In this document: in pieces, positions 27,228 to 40,958 of the stretch | Layout of the letters: each line of letters begins with the position of its first letter | Position numbering within the stretch: position 1 is the first letter of the stretch | NCBI GenBank assembly: GCA_964016885.1 | Contig: OZ024764.1 | Span: 23,932,001 to 23,996,000, forward strand | Direction of reading: 5' to 3' | Source of the DNA: Eledone cirrhosa | Lineage: Eukaryota | Length of the DNA stretch: 64,000 nucleotides | Notes under the pieces: generated by a model | What the model was told of the DNA's origin: nothing | The model's database searches: none | The model's input: only the letters and a program-made list of their open reading frames with translations | Translations under genes and position numbers: made by a program

Positions 27228-27450
27228 GTGTGTATATATATTTATGTGTGTATATGTGTATATATATATATGTGTATATATGTGTATATATATATGTGTG
27301 TGTATATATATGTGTATATATATTTATATGTGTGTGTATATATATATATATGTGTATATATATATATGTGTATATATATATATATATGTGTATATATATA
27401 TATATGTGTGTGTATATATATATATATGTGTGTGTATATATATATATCAT
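26855..27450. repeat. (TA)/(TG) compound microsatellite
   Basis: Direct reading; similar tracts at 29415-30065, 30508-30870 and 31495-31735. Confidence 0.95.
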
Positions 27451-27699
27451 TGTTTACTGATGGGTTAGACTGGTTTGTCCCACTTGAGGCAACTCGGGTC
27501 AGGTGACCACGTCTTGCTCATACACAACTCTTTCTGGCTGGATGCTCTTCCTAACACCAACCACATTTACAGTGAGTGCTGGGTGCTTTTTGTTGCATCA
27601 CTTACACAACCACTCGACAGTGTGGACTGGGGCTTTTTGTGATACCAACATAACTTTGCAGTGGGAGGGTGGTGTAGGGGTGTGTGGAAGGGGGTATAG

Positions 27700-28545
27700 T
27701 GGAGTAAGAGGTGCCTGCTGGGAGTCTGTCGTGTGCAAGGGAATGTGGGTCTTCTGTATTACTGCATAGCACCAGACATCTCAATCCTGAGTCATTGTCT
27801 TTGATAGGTATAATTGTGCAAGGTCAGATTTTATCACTTCGTCCCAGGTCTTCCTACCCCATAGCTTCCATCAATTTTGATCACCCTGCACCTTTTCATA
27901 CAGCTGTCATCTTTCATACAAATCACATGACCATACCAATGCAATCTCCTATATAGTATACTGCATCTGATCCCCCTGTGCCCAGTTTCTCATTTACACT
28001 TTGCCGTTTGAGTATATTTCGATTACACATTCATCGGAGAATGCAGTCTGCATCACCCAGGTAATGGAAAGTGTCGACTATTTCTATAGAACCATCTGGG
28101 CAATAGAAGGAGCTAGTATCCTGTGAGCACTAGCTGCTACTTATTGCACCTGAGCATCAGCCACATATAAAATCTATGTTCTTAGATAGCTTACCTGTGA
28201 TCCCACTACATCTTTTATGTACCCATAGTTTGCATTTGGGACACAGAATGCGGTTTTTGCCTACTCCTTTCCTACACACTGAGCATGGTCATTTCCCAGA
28301 GGGGACCTGTGCCCTATTTTCCTTCCTACATACTAGAACTTTAGTCTTAGACAAGTTAACTTTAAGTCCTGTTGATTCTAGGCCATGCTTCCATGTTTGG
28401 AATTTCTTCTCTAGTTCAGCTATGAGCGTTAGATCATCTGCATATAGAAGTTCCCATGGGCAGCCGGTCTTGAACTCCTCTGTTATAGCCTGAAGGGCAA
28501 TAATAAACAGGAGGGGGATAAGGATGGAGCCTTGAGGAATGCATA
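27700..28545 (-). mobile_element. RTE LINE 3' fragment (decayed)
   Basis: PQGSILIPLLFIIALQAITEEFKTGCPWELLYADDL...; homologous to 57640-58700. Confidence 0.85.
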
Positions 28546-29454
28546 AATAATACATATATATATATATACTGTATACATACAGGAGCAATGTGAAATAAAG
28601 TGTCTTGCTCAAGCCCTGCATAAAATATACTTTTACTATCTCTAGAGCAGTGGTCCCCAAATCGTGTGCCACGAGATGAAACTAGATGAGCTGCAAAAGA
28701 CTAAAATTAAGTTAAGATGTGAAAAATATAAAACTGAAATTTGTATAAAAGTTGAAATATTGTTGCGGCCCCAGACTTATGTGTTTATAACTTTCTTTAA
28801 TACTCTAATTATTTCTTTTCATGAGATTGAATAAAATATTATACGTCTACATAGACGAGCGCCATCATCCACTTTTCTAAAATAATAAATCATACACAAA
28901 ACACCAACAGTATTGCAAGAGATGTCAACATGAATTGACCTGTTATTTTTATCTAAAGACATTTTTTCCAATTTCATCCCACCCGTCCCCTCAGTCTATT
29001 TTATTTCTCATTCTTTCTTCTGATGAAGGACTAGCGTCTGAAACGTTATCCCTCTTCCTGCTATATCAAGCGTTAACCTAATATATGAGATTTTGATATT
29101 TATTTTGAGAACAATACCTTAACATTAGTATAAGTGGCCAGCTAGAGCTGGTTCAAACAGAAAGAAGTGAGAGTATTCTGGCTGGATATGGCCAGTTTTA
29201 ATGCTAAAGGGTGAAATGGTATTATTATTAATGGCACTAGGGGTCCACCGGTAGAATTATGAGAAGAAAGAACAACACAAAAAGAAAAACATAACATTAA
29301 AAATAACCAAGAAAATATTAGAATTTATTGTAAAATAAAAACTTTGTAGAATTTATTGGTATAAAAACTGTGAGAATATAGTTTTGGAAGGAATCCTTCA
29401 GAAACACAAACACACATGCATAGATATATATATATATATACATAGATATATATC

Positions 29455-29490
<36 letters not shown>

Positions 29491-30868
29491 GATATATAGA
29501 TACATACATAGATATATATATGTATATATACATATACATAGATACATACATAGATATATATATGTATATATACATATACATAGATATATAGATACATATA
29601 TATATATATACATACATTTATAGATACATACATATATATACATAGATATAAAGATACATACATAGATATAGATATATATATATATATATAAATATATACA
29701 TAGATATATAGATACATACATATATATACATAGATATATAGATACATACATATAGATATATAGATACATACATATATATACATAGATACATACATATATA
29801 TACATAGATATAGATACATACATATATATACATAGATATAGATACATACATATATATACATATATATATAGATACATACATATAGATATATAGATACATA
29901 CATATATATACATAGATATATAGATACATACATATATATACATAGATACATACATATATATACATAGATATATACATATATATACATAGATATATATAGA
30001 TACATACATATATATACATAGATATAGATACATACATATATATATATATATACATATACATCTACACACATGTCACTATCTGTACCCAAATACTGGTACC
30101 CTTGAAATATAATAAAATATGCTTTTATAAATATAGTTTCCATTTATTAATATATATATGTGTGTATATATATATGTGTGTGTATATATATATGTGTGTG
30201 TATATATATATATATATAGCAGGGGCGAAGGGTCCGTGCATGCAATGCATGCAGTGCATGCATTGTAGAATCTTGAGTTGATGAATTGCGTCGGTTGAAG
30301 CAGAATTTTGGCTGCTTACTAAACCGTAGACACATAAAAAGATAACACACACACACACACACACACACTAGATAACACTACATGCGGCTTTGACCGGGAA
30401 GGTCATTTAGAGGGAATAGGGGGGGGGGGGTAAGGCTGCACAGCCCCACCTTCCGCCATGGTGATTGGACTGTATGCCTTGCTTTCCATGTTACCCTTCG
30501 CCACTGTTATATATATATATATAGATGTATATATATGTGTATATATATGTGTATATATATGTATATATATGTGTATATATATGTGTATATATATAGATGT
30601 ATATATATGTATATATATGTGTATATATATGTGTATATATATAGATGTATATATATGTGTATTTATATGTATATATATATATGTGTATATATGTATATAT
30701 ATATAGATGTATATATATGTGTATTTATATGTATATATATATATGTGTATATATATGTATATATGTGTATATAGATGTATATATATGTGTATATATATAT
30801 ATGTGTATATATATGTATATATGTGTATATAGATGTATATATATGTGTATATATATAGATGTATATAT

Positions 30869-31436
30869 ATATTGTTATACTTTGGGAGGGTCATGTTGCC
30901 AATAAGAAACACACGCACCAGTTGCTTTCACTTCAATTTATTATATATTTATAAATTCATAAATTTACAAATCTACAAACTTATAAATTATAAATTTCTG
31001 GTTGGTTGGTTGGTTCCACAACCAGATAGTTGTTTATATATATAGTCATAGTCCTTTCGTCACACACTCTGTGACCTCTTCAGTGACTGGGGATTCCTTT
31101 CTTCGTTTCTGTGCCTTTTCTTTCTTCTATCCTACGCCATTTTGTTCTGTGTCACAGAAACAAAATGGCGTAGGATAGAAGAAAGAAAAGGCACAGAAAC
31201 GAAGAAAGGAATCCCCAGTCACTGAAGAGGTCACAGAGTGTGTGACGAAAGGACTATGACTATATATATAAACAACTATCTGGTTGTGGAACCAACCAAC
31301 CAACCAGAAATTTATAATTTATAAGTTTGTAGATTTGTAAATTTATGAATTTATAAATATATAATAAATTGAAGTGAAAGCAACTGGTGCGTGTGTTTCT
31401 TATTGGCAACATGACCCTCCCAAAGTATAACAATAT
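30869..31436. repeat. Near-perfect 568-bp palindrome (~283-bp arms, centre ~31152)
   Basis: The arms are reverse complements with one indel near the centre; the mirrored ORFs 30833+ and 31448- give the same peptide. Confidence 0.95.
31217..31261 (+). ncRNA. Minimal type-I hammerhead ribozyme (mirror copy 31044-31088 on -)
   Basis: agtca CTGAAGA G GTCACA-gagtg-TGTGAC GAAA G-ga-C TA tgact. Confidence 0.65.
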
Positions 31437-31897
31437 CGGTTTCAACACACGATTTCAGATAAAGAATCTTGCTAAACAAATTCAGAAACGAAATGTATAT
31501 ATATAGATGTATATATATGTGTATATATATGTATATATATATAATGTATATATATGTATATATATATATGTATATATATATATAATGTATATATATGTAT
31601 ATATATATAGATGTATATATATGTATATATATATAGATGTATATATATGTGTATATATATATATATATGTGTATATATATGTGAATATATATAGATGTAT
31701 ATATATATGTGTATATATATGTATATGTATATAAGTACACACATATGGACGGAATTAATTTAAAATGGAGACATTAGATGAAAAGCTTCTACGAGCCAGC
31801 ATAACTGAGAAGAGGTACACTGGTACAATACTGTAAATAACAGACCTCGACATACGAGATGTACATATGAAATAGGACAAACTTATATATATAACAG

Positions 31898-33235
31898 CAG
31901 TGATTCCCAACGTGGGGCGCACACCCCACTGGGGGGCAATTTGAATATTTAAGGGGACTATTTGAAAACGATGTTAATGAGAACAAACCTCAGGCTTTAC
32001 TTTATTACATTTACACCAAGGCAACTTTGGTAGACATTACTGTCAGAAACTCCTGTCTCACCACCACCACATGTTATTGTACATCTGACACCACCTATAT
32101 GGTACACATTACTGTCAGAAACTCCTGTCTCACCACCACCACATGTTATTGTACATCTGACACCACCTATATGGTACACATTACTGTCAGAAACTCCTGT
32201 CTCACCTCCTCCACCACATGTTATTGTACATCTGACACCACCTATATGGTACACATTACTGTCAGAAACTCCTGTCTCCCCTCCACCACATGTTATTGTA
32301 GATCTGACACCACCTATATGGTACACATTACTGTCAGAAACTCCTGTCTAACCACCTCCACCACATGTTATTGTACATCTGACACCACCTATATGGTACA
32401 CATTACTGTCAGAAACTCCTGTCTAACCTCCACCACATGTTATTGTAGATCTGACACCACCTATATGGTACACATTACTGTCAGAAACTCCTGTCTAACC
32501 TCCACCACATGTTATTGTACATCTGGCACCGCCTATATGGTACACATTACTGTCAGAAACTACTGTCGCCTCACCACCACATGTTATTCTACATCTGACA
32601 CCACCTATATGGTACACATTACTGTCAGAAACTCCTGTCTAACCTCCACCACATGTTATTGTACATCTGACACCACCTATATGGTAGACATTACTGTCAG
32701 AAACTCCTGTCTCACCTCCTCCACCACATGTTATTGTACATCTGGCACCACCTATATGGTACACATTACTGTCAGAAACTACTGTCGCCTCACCACCACA
32801 TGTTATTCTACATCTGACACCACCTATATGGTACACATTACTGTCAGAAACTACTGTCTAACCTCCACCACATGTTATTGTACATCTGACACCACCTATA
32901 TGGTAGACATTACTGTCAGAAACTCCTGTCTCACCTCCTCCACCACATGTTATTGTACATCTGGCACCACCTATATGGTACACATTACTGTCAGAAACTC
33001 CTGTCTAACCTCCACCACATGTTATTGTACATCTGACACCACCTATATGGTAGACATTACTGTCAGAAACTCCTGTCTCACCTCCACCACATGTTATTCT
33101 ACATCTGACACCATCTTTACATCAGGTTCTTTCAACTTTGCAATTGATCATCAGTGATTTCATATCAAGGGTGGGGGCATAAGAAATTTCTAGATGTTGA
33201 GGTGGGGCATGGTGCACAAAAGGTGGGGACCGCTG
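31898..33235. mobile_element. hAT/Charlie-like MITE containing a minisatellite
   Basis: Ends CAGTGATTCCCAAC ... GGTGGGGACCGCTG; no clean TSD found. Confidence 0.5.
32028..33113. repeat. 69/72-bp minisatellite, ~15 copies
   Basis: Unit tggtacacattactgtcagaaactcctgtctaacctccaccacatgttattgtacatctgacaccacctata. Confidence 0.95.
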
Positions 33236-33344
33236 GTGTAGAGGGAGCAATACGTTACCTCCTTACCAATCCTAGGCCTCTCTGAGGGGTCCAGTAGACC
33301 CTGCTTCATTTCTGATTTGGTCTATGTAGACTATGTAGAAGTTA

Positions 33345-33932
33345 TATGATGATGAGAGGAGGGTGTTCCGAGGCCATAGTATCTCGAATAAGGATGGGTT
33401 GGAAGAAGTTTAGGGAGCTGCTTCCTCTGTTGACGAAGAAGGGTTTCTCCCTGCGTACGAAAGGCCGGTTGTATGATGCCTGTGTGAGGAGCGCGATGCT
33501 GCTTGGTAGTGAGACATGGGCAGCAACTGCAGAGGATATGCGATGGCTGGAGAGAAATGAGGCAAGCATGCTCCGTTGGATGTGCAGTGTCTATGTGCGT
33601 GAACGACCCAGCATAAATGTATTGAGAGAGAAACTGTGTCTGAGAGGGATAGAATGTAGTGTACGGGAGAGGAGACTGAGGTGGTATGGACATGTGATGC
33701 GCATGGAGGATGACTGATGGCTGAAGAAGTGCCAGGAAATGCCAGTTGAAGGAAGACGTGGTAGAGGTAGACCACGAAAAACATGGGCGGAGGTGGTGAG
33801 AACAGACATCAGATCATTGAAGCTCACGGTGGAGATGACAAAGGACCGTGACAAGTGGAGAGATGCTGTGCTGAATAAGACCCGTCCCACCCTTGCAAGC
33901 AGGGAAAAGCGGACGTATGATGATGATGATGA
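33345..33932 (+). mobile_element. RTE LINE 3' fragment with (GAT)n tail
   Basis: GWKKFRELLPLL...RRLRWYGHVMRM...GRGRPRKTW; reverse-complement match to 43535-44100. Confidence 0.9.
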
Positions 33933-34595
33933 CCTTGGAAGGATGAAAGGCAAAGTTGACCTCGGTAGGATTTGAACTCAGAACGTAAAGGGCCATACCT
34001 CTATGCCACAAAGCATGTGTGACACTCTACTAATTCTGCCAATCCACTGCACTCAAAATAATGATTTTTGATTAAGGCACAAGGCCAACAATTTGAGGGG
34101 GGGGGGAGGGTGAGTCGATTAAATTGACCCCAGTGTTTTACTGGTACTTTATTTTATCGACCCCCGTAAGGATGAAAAGCAAAGCTAACCTTGGCAGGAT
34201 CTAAACTCAGAATGTAAAGGGATGTAACCCTATGCCACAAAGAATGTCGTCTGATGCTCAACAGAGTCCCCCCCCCCCGGGGCCAATGTTTAATATGCCG
34301 ACACTGTAAAGTGGACGTGGGGGTGCCACGGTAAGAAAGCACCCAGCCCTCACTGTAAATGAGGTTGGGGTTAGGAAGGGCATCCAGCTGTAGAGATCAG
34401 GCCAGAATCAGTTCCCTATGAGCAAGACATGGTCACATGACCTGGCACTGCCCACAACAGGACAACCCGTCTAACCCATGCTGGCGTGGAAGAATGGACG
34501 GTGATGGGTGATGGTGATGATGATGATGATGATATTTGGAGAGAGGGAAGGGAGGGGACAAAAGAGACAGCTGAGACATTCCAAAGAGGGAAGTT

Positions 34596-34705
34596 CTAGT
34601 GTCGTACAATCTCCTGGTTGACTGCCTCCAGGGCCTTCAGACAAATGACACTGACGTTGAGCTTTCCGATTGTGACTTGTTGGTGATGGTCCTCCATGTC
34701 ATAGA
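34596..34705 (-). CDS. RPGRIP1L: RPGRIP1L terminal coding exon
   Basis: Acceptor tattttcag; phase 1; (I)YDMEDHHQQVTIGKLNVSVICLKALEAVNQEIVRH*, resembling the IGKL.V.V.AL end of the RPGRIP1 C-terminal C2 domain. Confidence 0.85.
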
Positions 34706-34774
34706 CTGAAAATATAGGTAGACATCAGGAGATAGGTAGGTAGGCAGATACATAGGTAGCTGGGTAGATAGACA

Positions 34775-35500
34775 GATAGATTTCTTTATTAGCCACAAGG
34801 GCGCACAAGAAAAGGGGCCAATACAAAGACATGCCGGGGATTTTACATACAGTCGTGTAAAAAATATAAAAACAAACAATTTCAACAATCGAAATCCCCA
34901 ATAGGGGAGGTGACACAAATGGGTTGTTTAATACCCCGTAGATAGAACAACCCCCAACTCCAGGAGTGTGCTGTGCAAGTGCTCCTTTCTTCCTTTTGCT
35001 CTCTTCCTCAACCTACAGGTTTATATACAGAGAAGGCCCAACCACTCGGGCCATTTTCGCTTCATTCACCCACCTTTCAGTAACTTTACTGGGGGTGCAG
35101 TGCCTCTCTCTCCACCCTGATTCTCCTTCTAAAGTGATACTTAAAGAAGGGAATGAGTTGTTGTCCGGAGAGAAAGGCATCTGTCCTCAGTCCTCTCAAC
35201 CTCGTCCACCATATAACCTCTTTCACCATAGCCACTGAACAGAGGAAAACCGCCTCTCTTTCGTTTTTGAAAGAGGCTGGCGGTTTGATCCTTACTATGG
35301 ACTCGGCAGTCAACTGGATTTGTCCCATACGCGACAGCAGTTGTTCTGCGTAGTTCCATAGGTCGGTTACACCCGGGCAGTGTACAATTGCGTGCAGGAC
35401 TGTTGCAATGTCCTGCTCGCATCTTGGAAGGATCCCTGCTGAGGCGTCTGTGCCTGTAGATCTTGTCACAAACTGGTAGTGCTCCTCGGTAGCACTGCCA
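34775..35500 (-). mobile_element. L1/Tx1-clade LINE 3' fragment
   Basis: WQCYRGALPV...PRCEQDIATVLHAIVHC (decayed zf-RVT-like knuckle), then 3'UTR, AATAAA and an (ATCT)n tail. Confidence 0.75.
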
Positions 35501-36420
35501 CACCACTACCACACTACCACACCACTACACCACTACCTCACTACCACACTAGTACACCACTACACCACCACACCACCACTACACCACCACACCACTACCA
35601 CACTAGTACACCACTACACCACCACACCACCACTACACCACCACACCACTACCACACTAGTACACCACTACACCACCACACCACCACTACACCACCACAC
35701 CACTACCACACTACCACACCACTACACCACTACCTCACTACCACACTAGTACACCACTACACCACCACACCACCACTACACCACCACACCACTACCACAC
35801 TACCACACCACTACACCACTACCTCACTACCACACTAGTACACCACTACACCACCACACCACCACTACACCACCACACCACTACCACACTAGTACACCAC
35901 TACACCACCACCTCACCACCACCACCACTACCACCACCACACCACCACTACACCACCACACCACTACCACACTAGTACACCACTACACCACCACCACCAC
36001 TACCACCACCACTACCACCACCACACCACCACCACCACCCCACCACCCCACCACACCACTACACCACCACCACACCACCACACCACTACACCACCACCAC
36101 CACCACACCACCACTACCACCACACCACCACCACCACCACACCACCACCACCACCACATCACTACACCACGACCACACCACTACACCCCACCTGCTCACA
36201 CCACACCACTACACCACCACACCACCACCACCACCACACCACCACCACCACCACACCACCACCACCCCACCACACCACCACCACACCACACCACCACCAC
36301 CACCACACCACCCCCACCACCACCACCCCACCACCCCACCATACCACCACACCACCACCACACCACCACACCACCACCACACCACACCACCACCACCACA
36401 CCACACCACCACCACCATCA
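35495..36420. repeat. (CAC/CCA/CTA)-rich low-complexity tract
   Basis: Direct reading. Confidence 0.95.
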
Positions 36421-36425
36421 CTTAC

Positions 36426-36559
36426 TTGGTATCTCTCTGTCCACAATGTCTGTCCTTGTGTTGAGAATGTCCACCAGGCTGATGTAGGCCACACCCACCT
36501 CCTCACACTCCTCAGTCTGGGCATCTTTCTCTGGTTCACTGACCACGGTGAAACGGATA
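36426..36559 (-). CDS. RPGRIP1L: RPGRIP1L exon (C-terminal C2 domain)
   Basis: tccag|T ATC CGT...; IRFTVVSEPEKDAQTEECEEVGVAYISLVDILNTRTDIVDREIP; donor GTAAG; phases 2->1. Confidence 0.92.
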
Positions 36560-36564
36560 CTGGA

Positions 36565-37150
36565 CAGAGAGAGAGAGAGAGAGAGAGAATGAGATAAGGA
36601 GAGAGATAGGGAGGGAGGGAGAGAGATAGGGAGGGAGAGAGAGAGAGAGAGTGAGAGTGAGATAGGGAGAGAGATAGGGAGGGAGAGAGAGAGAGAGTGA
36701 GAGTGAGATAGGGAGGGAGAGAGAGAGAGAGAGTGAGAGTGAGATAGGGAGAGAGATAGGGAGGGAGGGAGAGAGATAGGGAGGGAGAGAGAGAGAGAGA
36801 GAGTGAGAGTGAGATAGGGAGGGAGAGAGAGAGTGAGAGTGAGATAGGGAGAGAGATAGGGAGAGAGAGTGAGATATGGAGATAGGGAGGGAGAGAGAGA
36901 GAGAGAGTGAGATAGGGAGAGAGAGAGTGAGAGTGAGATATGGAGAGAGATAGGGAGGGAGGGAGGGAGATAGGGAGGGAGAGAGAGAGAGAGATATGGA
37001 GAGAGATAGGGAGGGAGGGAGGGAGAGAGAGATAGGGAGGGAGGGAGGGAGATAGGGAGGGAGAGAGAGAGAGATATGGAGAGAGATAGGGAGGGAGGGA
37101 GAGAGATAGGGAGGGAGGGAGGGAGAGAGTAACAGATAGGAGGGAGATAT
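36565..37150. repeat. (GA)/(GGGA) purine tract
   Basis: Direct reading. Confidence 0.95.
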
Positions 37151-37154
37151 GAAA

Positions 37155-38310
37155 GGGGGAACCACAGTAGATAGAACACTCTCCCTCCTTTGATACAGGG
37201 GGGAACCTCAGTAGATAGAACACCCTCCCTCCTTTAATACAGGGGGGAACCACAGTAGATAGAACACCCTCCTTTGATACAGGGGGGAACCTCAGTAGAT
37301 ATAACACCCTCCCTCCTTTAATACAGGGGGGAACCACAGTAGATAGAAGCACCCTCCTTTGATACAGGGGGGAACCTCAGTAGATAGAACACCCTCCCTC
37401 CTTTAATACAGGGGGGAACCTCAGTAGATAGAACACCCTCCTTTGATACAGGGGGGAACCTCAGTAGATATAACACCCTCCCTCCTTTAATACAGGGGGA
37501 ACCTCAGTAGATAGAACACCCTCCTTTAATACAGGGGGGAACCTCAGTAGATAGAACACCCTCCCTCCTTTAATACAGGGGGGAACCTCAGTAGATAGAA
37601 CACCCTCCTTTAATACAGGGGGGAACCTCAGTAGATATAACACCCTCCCTCCTTTAATACAGGGGGAACCTCAGTAGATAGAAAACACCCTCCTTTGATA
37701 CAGGGGGGAACCTCAGTAGATAGAACACCCTCCCTCCTTTAAAGGGGGGAACAAGGGGGGGAACCTCAGTAGATAGAATCACCCTCCTTTGATACAGGGG
37801 GGAACCTCAGTAGATAGAACACCCTCCTCCTTTAATACAGGGGGGGAACCTCAGTAGATATAACACCCTCCCTCCTTTAATACAGGGGGGAACCTCAGTA
37901 GATAGAAGCACCCTCCTTTGATACAGGGGGGAACCTCAGTAGATAGAACACCCTCCCTCCTTTAATACAGGGGGGAACCTCAGTAGATAGAACACCCTCC
38001 CTCCTTTAATACAGGGGGGAACCTCAGTAGATAGAATCACCCTCCCTCCTTTAATACAGGGGGGAACCTCAGTAGATAGAACACCCTCCCTCCTTTAATA
38101 CAGGGGGGAACCTCAGTAGATAGAATCACCCTCCCTCCTTTAATACAGGGGGGAACCTCAGTAGATAGAAGCACCCTCCTTTGATACAGGGGGGGAACCT
38201 CAGTAGATATAACACCCTCCCTCCTTTAATACAGGGGGGAACCTCAGTAGATAGAATCACCCTCCCTCCTTTAATACAGGGGGGGAACCTCAGTAGATAG
38301 AAGCACCCTC
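37155..38310. repeat. ~41-45-bp minisatellite
   Basis: Unit ggggggaacctcagtagatagaacaccctccctcctttaataca. Confidence 0.95.
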
Positions 38311-39046
38311 TCAACCCTTGAAACAGGTGAAAATATATAGATTTCTCGTTTGTGTAAATGAGGTGATTAATCTCATTTGTATCTGTTAGACACGCAGTGA
38401 CTAACAACAGAATGTTTTAAGTCTGCGTGTTGACATACATGCATAGCTTGTGAATAAAAAATTCAAGGGGTTTCACTGGCCATGGTGATGCCTCCAAAAT
38501 ACCTTTTGTAATGTATCGTCTTATTGGCTAATCAACCAACGAGAGTAATTGTTGCTCAAAAGCATCCCCCACTTTGTAGCCACGTTTATCTATCATTTCG
38601 CTTTCGAATCTTCCTCCAGTATTTCGTCGTTTATCATATTTTTCTCGTTTTGGTAAGTTATATTGTTAATATATATATGATTTTTTAAATTTATATTAAC
38701 TATTAACAGTCTGAAAATATTTTTATACATCTTACAATAATATCTATAAGATCTAAAAGCCGACCTTACCCAATTACACCTCTCAAAGGCAATGACACAT
38801 CACCGTGACCTCTGGCGTCACGCAGTAATACAGAGTACCCGACCTCCCATGGGTACAAGCTGAAGCATATAGACAATATGCCCCCATACACCCACACCGC
38901 AAGGTGGTCGTGGAGGTGCCACGGCAAAAAAGCACCCAGCCCACACTGTAAAGCGCCACGAAAAAGCACCCAGCACTCACTGTAAATGAGGTTGGTGTTA
39001 GGAAGGGCATCCAGCTGTAGAAATCAAGCCAAATCAGTTCCTGTAG

Positions 39047-39828
39047 GGTGGTGGATTGGCAGTATTGGTAGAGGGTCAGACGCCATGCTAGGGTGGTGGA
39101 TTGGCAGTATTGGTAGAGGGTCAGACGCCATGCTTGGGCAGTGGATTGGCAGTATTGGTAGAGGGTCTGGTGCCATGCTAGGGTGGTGGATTGGCAGTAT
39201 TGGTAGAGGGTCAGATGCCATGCTAGGGTGGTGGATTGGCAGTATTGGTAGAGGGTCAGATGCCATGCTAGGGTGGTAGATTGGCAGTATCGGTAGAGGG
39301 TCAGACGCCATGCTTGGGCAGTGGATTGGCAGTATTGGTAGAGGGTCTGGTGCCATGCTAGGGTGGTGGATTGGCAGTATTGGTAGAGGGTCAGATGCCA
39401 TGCTAGGGCAGTGGATTGGCAGTATTGGTAGAGGGTCAGACGCCATGCTAGGGCGGTAGAGGGTCAGACGCCATGTTAGGGCAGTAGATTGGCAGTATTG
39501 GTAGAGGGTCAGATGCCATGCTAGGGCGGTAGAGGGTCAGACGCCATGCTTGGGCAGTGGATTGGCAGTATTGGTAGAGGGTCTGGTGCCATGCTAGGGT
39601 GGTGGATTGGCAGTATTGGTAGAGGGTCAGATGCCATGCTAGGGCAGTGGATTGGCAGTATTGGTAGAGGGTCAGACGCCATGCTAGGGCGGTAGAGGGT
39701 CAGACGCCATGTTAGGGCAGTAGATTGGCAGTATTGGTAGAGGGTCAGACGCCATGCTAGGGCGGTAGAGGGTCAGACGCCATGCTAGGGCAGTGGATTG
39801 GCAGTATTGGTAGAGGGTCGGACGCCAT
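39047..39828 (+). repeat. 45-bp minisatellite derived from a SINE 5' head
   Basis: Unit gggtggtggattggcagtattggtagagggtcagacgccatgcta; runs into the SINE body at 39828-39945. Confidence 0.9.
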
Positions 39829-39956
39829 TCTGAGTAAAAATCCCACTGAGGTTAACTTTGCCTTTCATCCTTATGGGGTCGATAAAATAAAGTACCAGTA
39901 ATACACTGAGTAATTGCTGGCCTTGTGCCTAAAGTAGAAACAATTCCATAACTTAC

Positions 39957-40041
39957 AGTCCTCCATCTGGGTCGTCAGGTAACAACATACTGGCAAGAAA
40001 CTGGCGCTTTTCATAATTATTCTGGTAGTCCACATGTAAAC
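39957..40041 (-). CDS. RPGRIP1L: RPGRIP1L exon
   Basis: tacag|GT TTA CAT GTG...; (C)LHVDYQNNYEKRQFLASMLLPDDPDGG; donor GTAAGT; phases 1->2. Confidence 0.88.
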
Positions 40042-40044
40042 CTG

Positions 40045-40508
40045 TAGTAATAGTAATAGTAGTAGTAGTGGTGGTAGTGGTGGTGGTAGTGGTGGTGGTG
40101 GTGGTGGTGGTAGTGGTAGTGGTAGTGGTAGTAGTAGTGGTAATAGTACTGGTAGTAGTAGTGGTAGTGGTAGTAGTAGTAGTAGTTGTAGTAGTAGTTG
40201 TAGTGCTAATTGTGGTAGTAGTAGTAGTGGTGGTGGTGGTAGTAGTAGTGGTGGTGGTGGTGGTGGTAGTAGTAGTGGTGGTGGTGGTAGTAGTAGTGGT
40301 GGTGGTGGTGGTGGTAGTAGTAGTGGTGGTGGTGGTAGTAGTGGTGGTGGTGGTAGTAGTAGTGGTGGTGGTGGTGGTAGTAGTAGTAGTGGTGGTGGTG
40401 GTAGTAGTAGTGGTGGTGGTGGTAGTAGTGGTGGTGGTGGTAGTAGTAGTGGTGGTGGTGGTGGTAGTAGTAGTGGTGGTGGTGGTAGTAGTGGTGGTGG
40501 TGGTAGTA

Positions 40509-40541
<33 letters not shown>

Positions 40542-40575
40542 CTAGTAGTAGTAGTAATAGTAGTAGTAGTAGTAC

Positions 40576-40625
<50 letters not shown>

Positions 40626-40900
40626 TTACTAAATTATGAAGGAAGGTTTTTAGATAAATATAAAAACAGCTGAAATAAGGTGGATCTTGGAATAAAACCA
40701 AAATAACAACAACAACAACAACAGCAGCAGCAGTAGCAGCAGCAACAACAACAACAACCACAGCAACAACAGCAACAACAACAACAACAACATCAACTAC
40801 AACCACAGCAACAACAACAACAACAACAGCAGCAGCAACAACAACTACAGGAGCCACAACAACAACAGCAACAACAACAACAACAACAACAATCACAGCA
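40045..40900. repeat. (GTA/GTG)n then (CAA/CAG)n trinucleotide tracts
   Basis: Direct reading. Confidence 0.95.
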
Positions 40901-40958
40901 ACAGGCCAACTTCACCTTTCTCCAAGTACTGGTCGCTCTCCGACAGGTTTGCAGTCAA

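Noticed and set aside
39871-40896. Poly-V/L/P ORFs
   Set aside because: They come from trinucleotide tracts; the real exon (39957-40041) is in a different frame.
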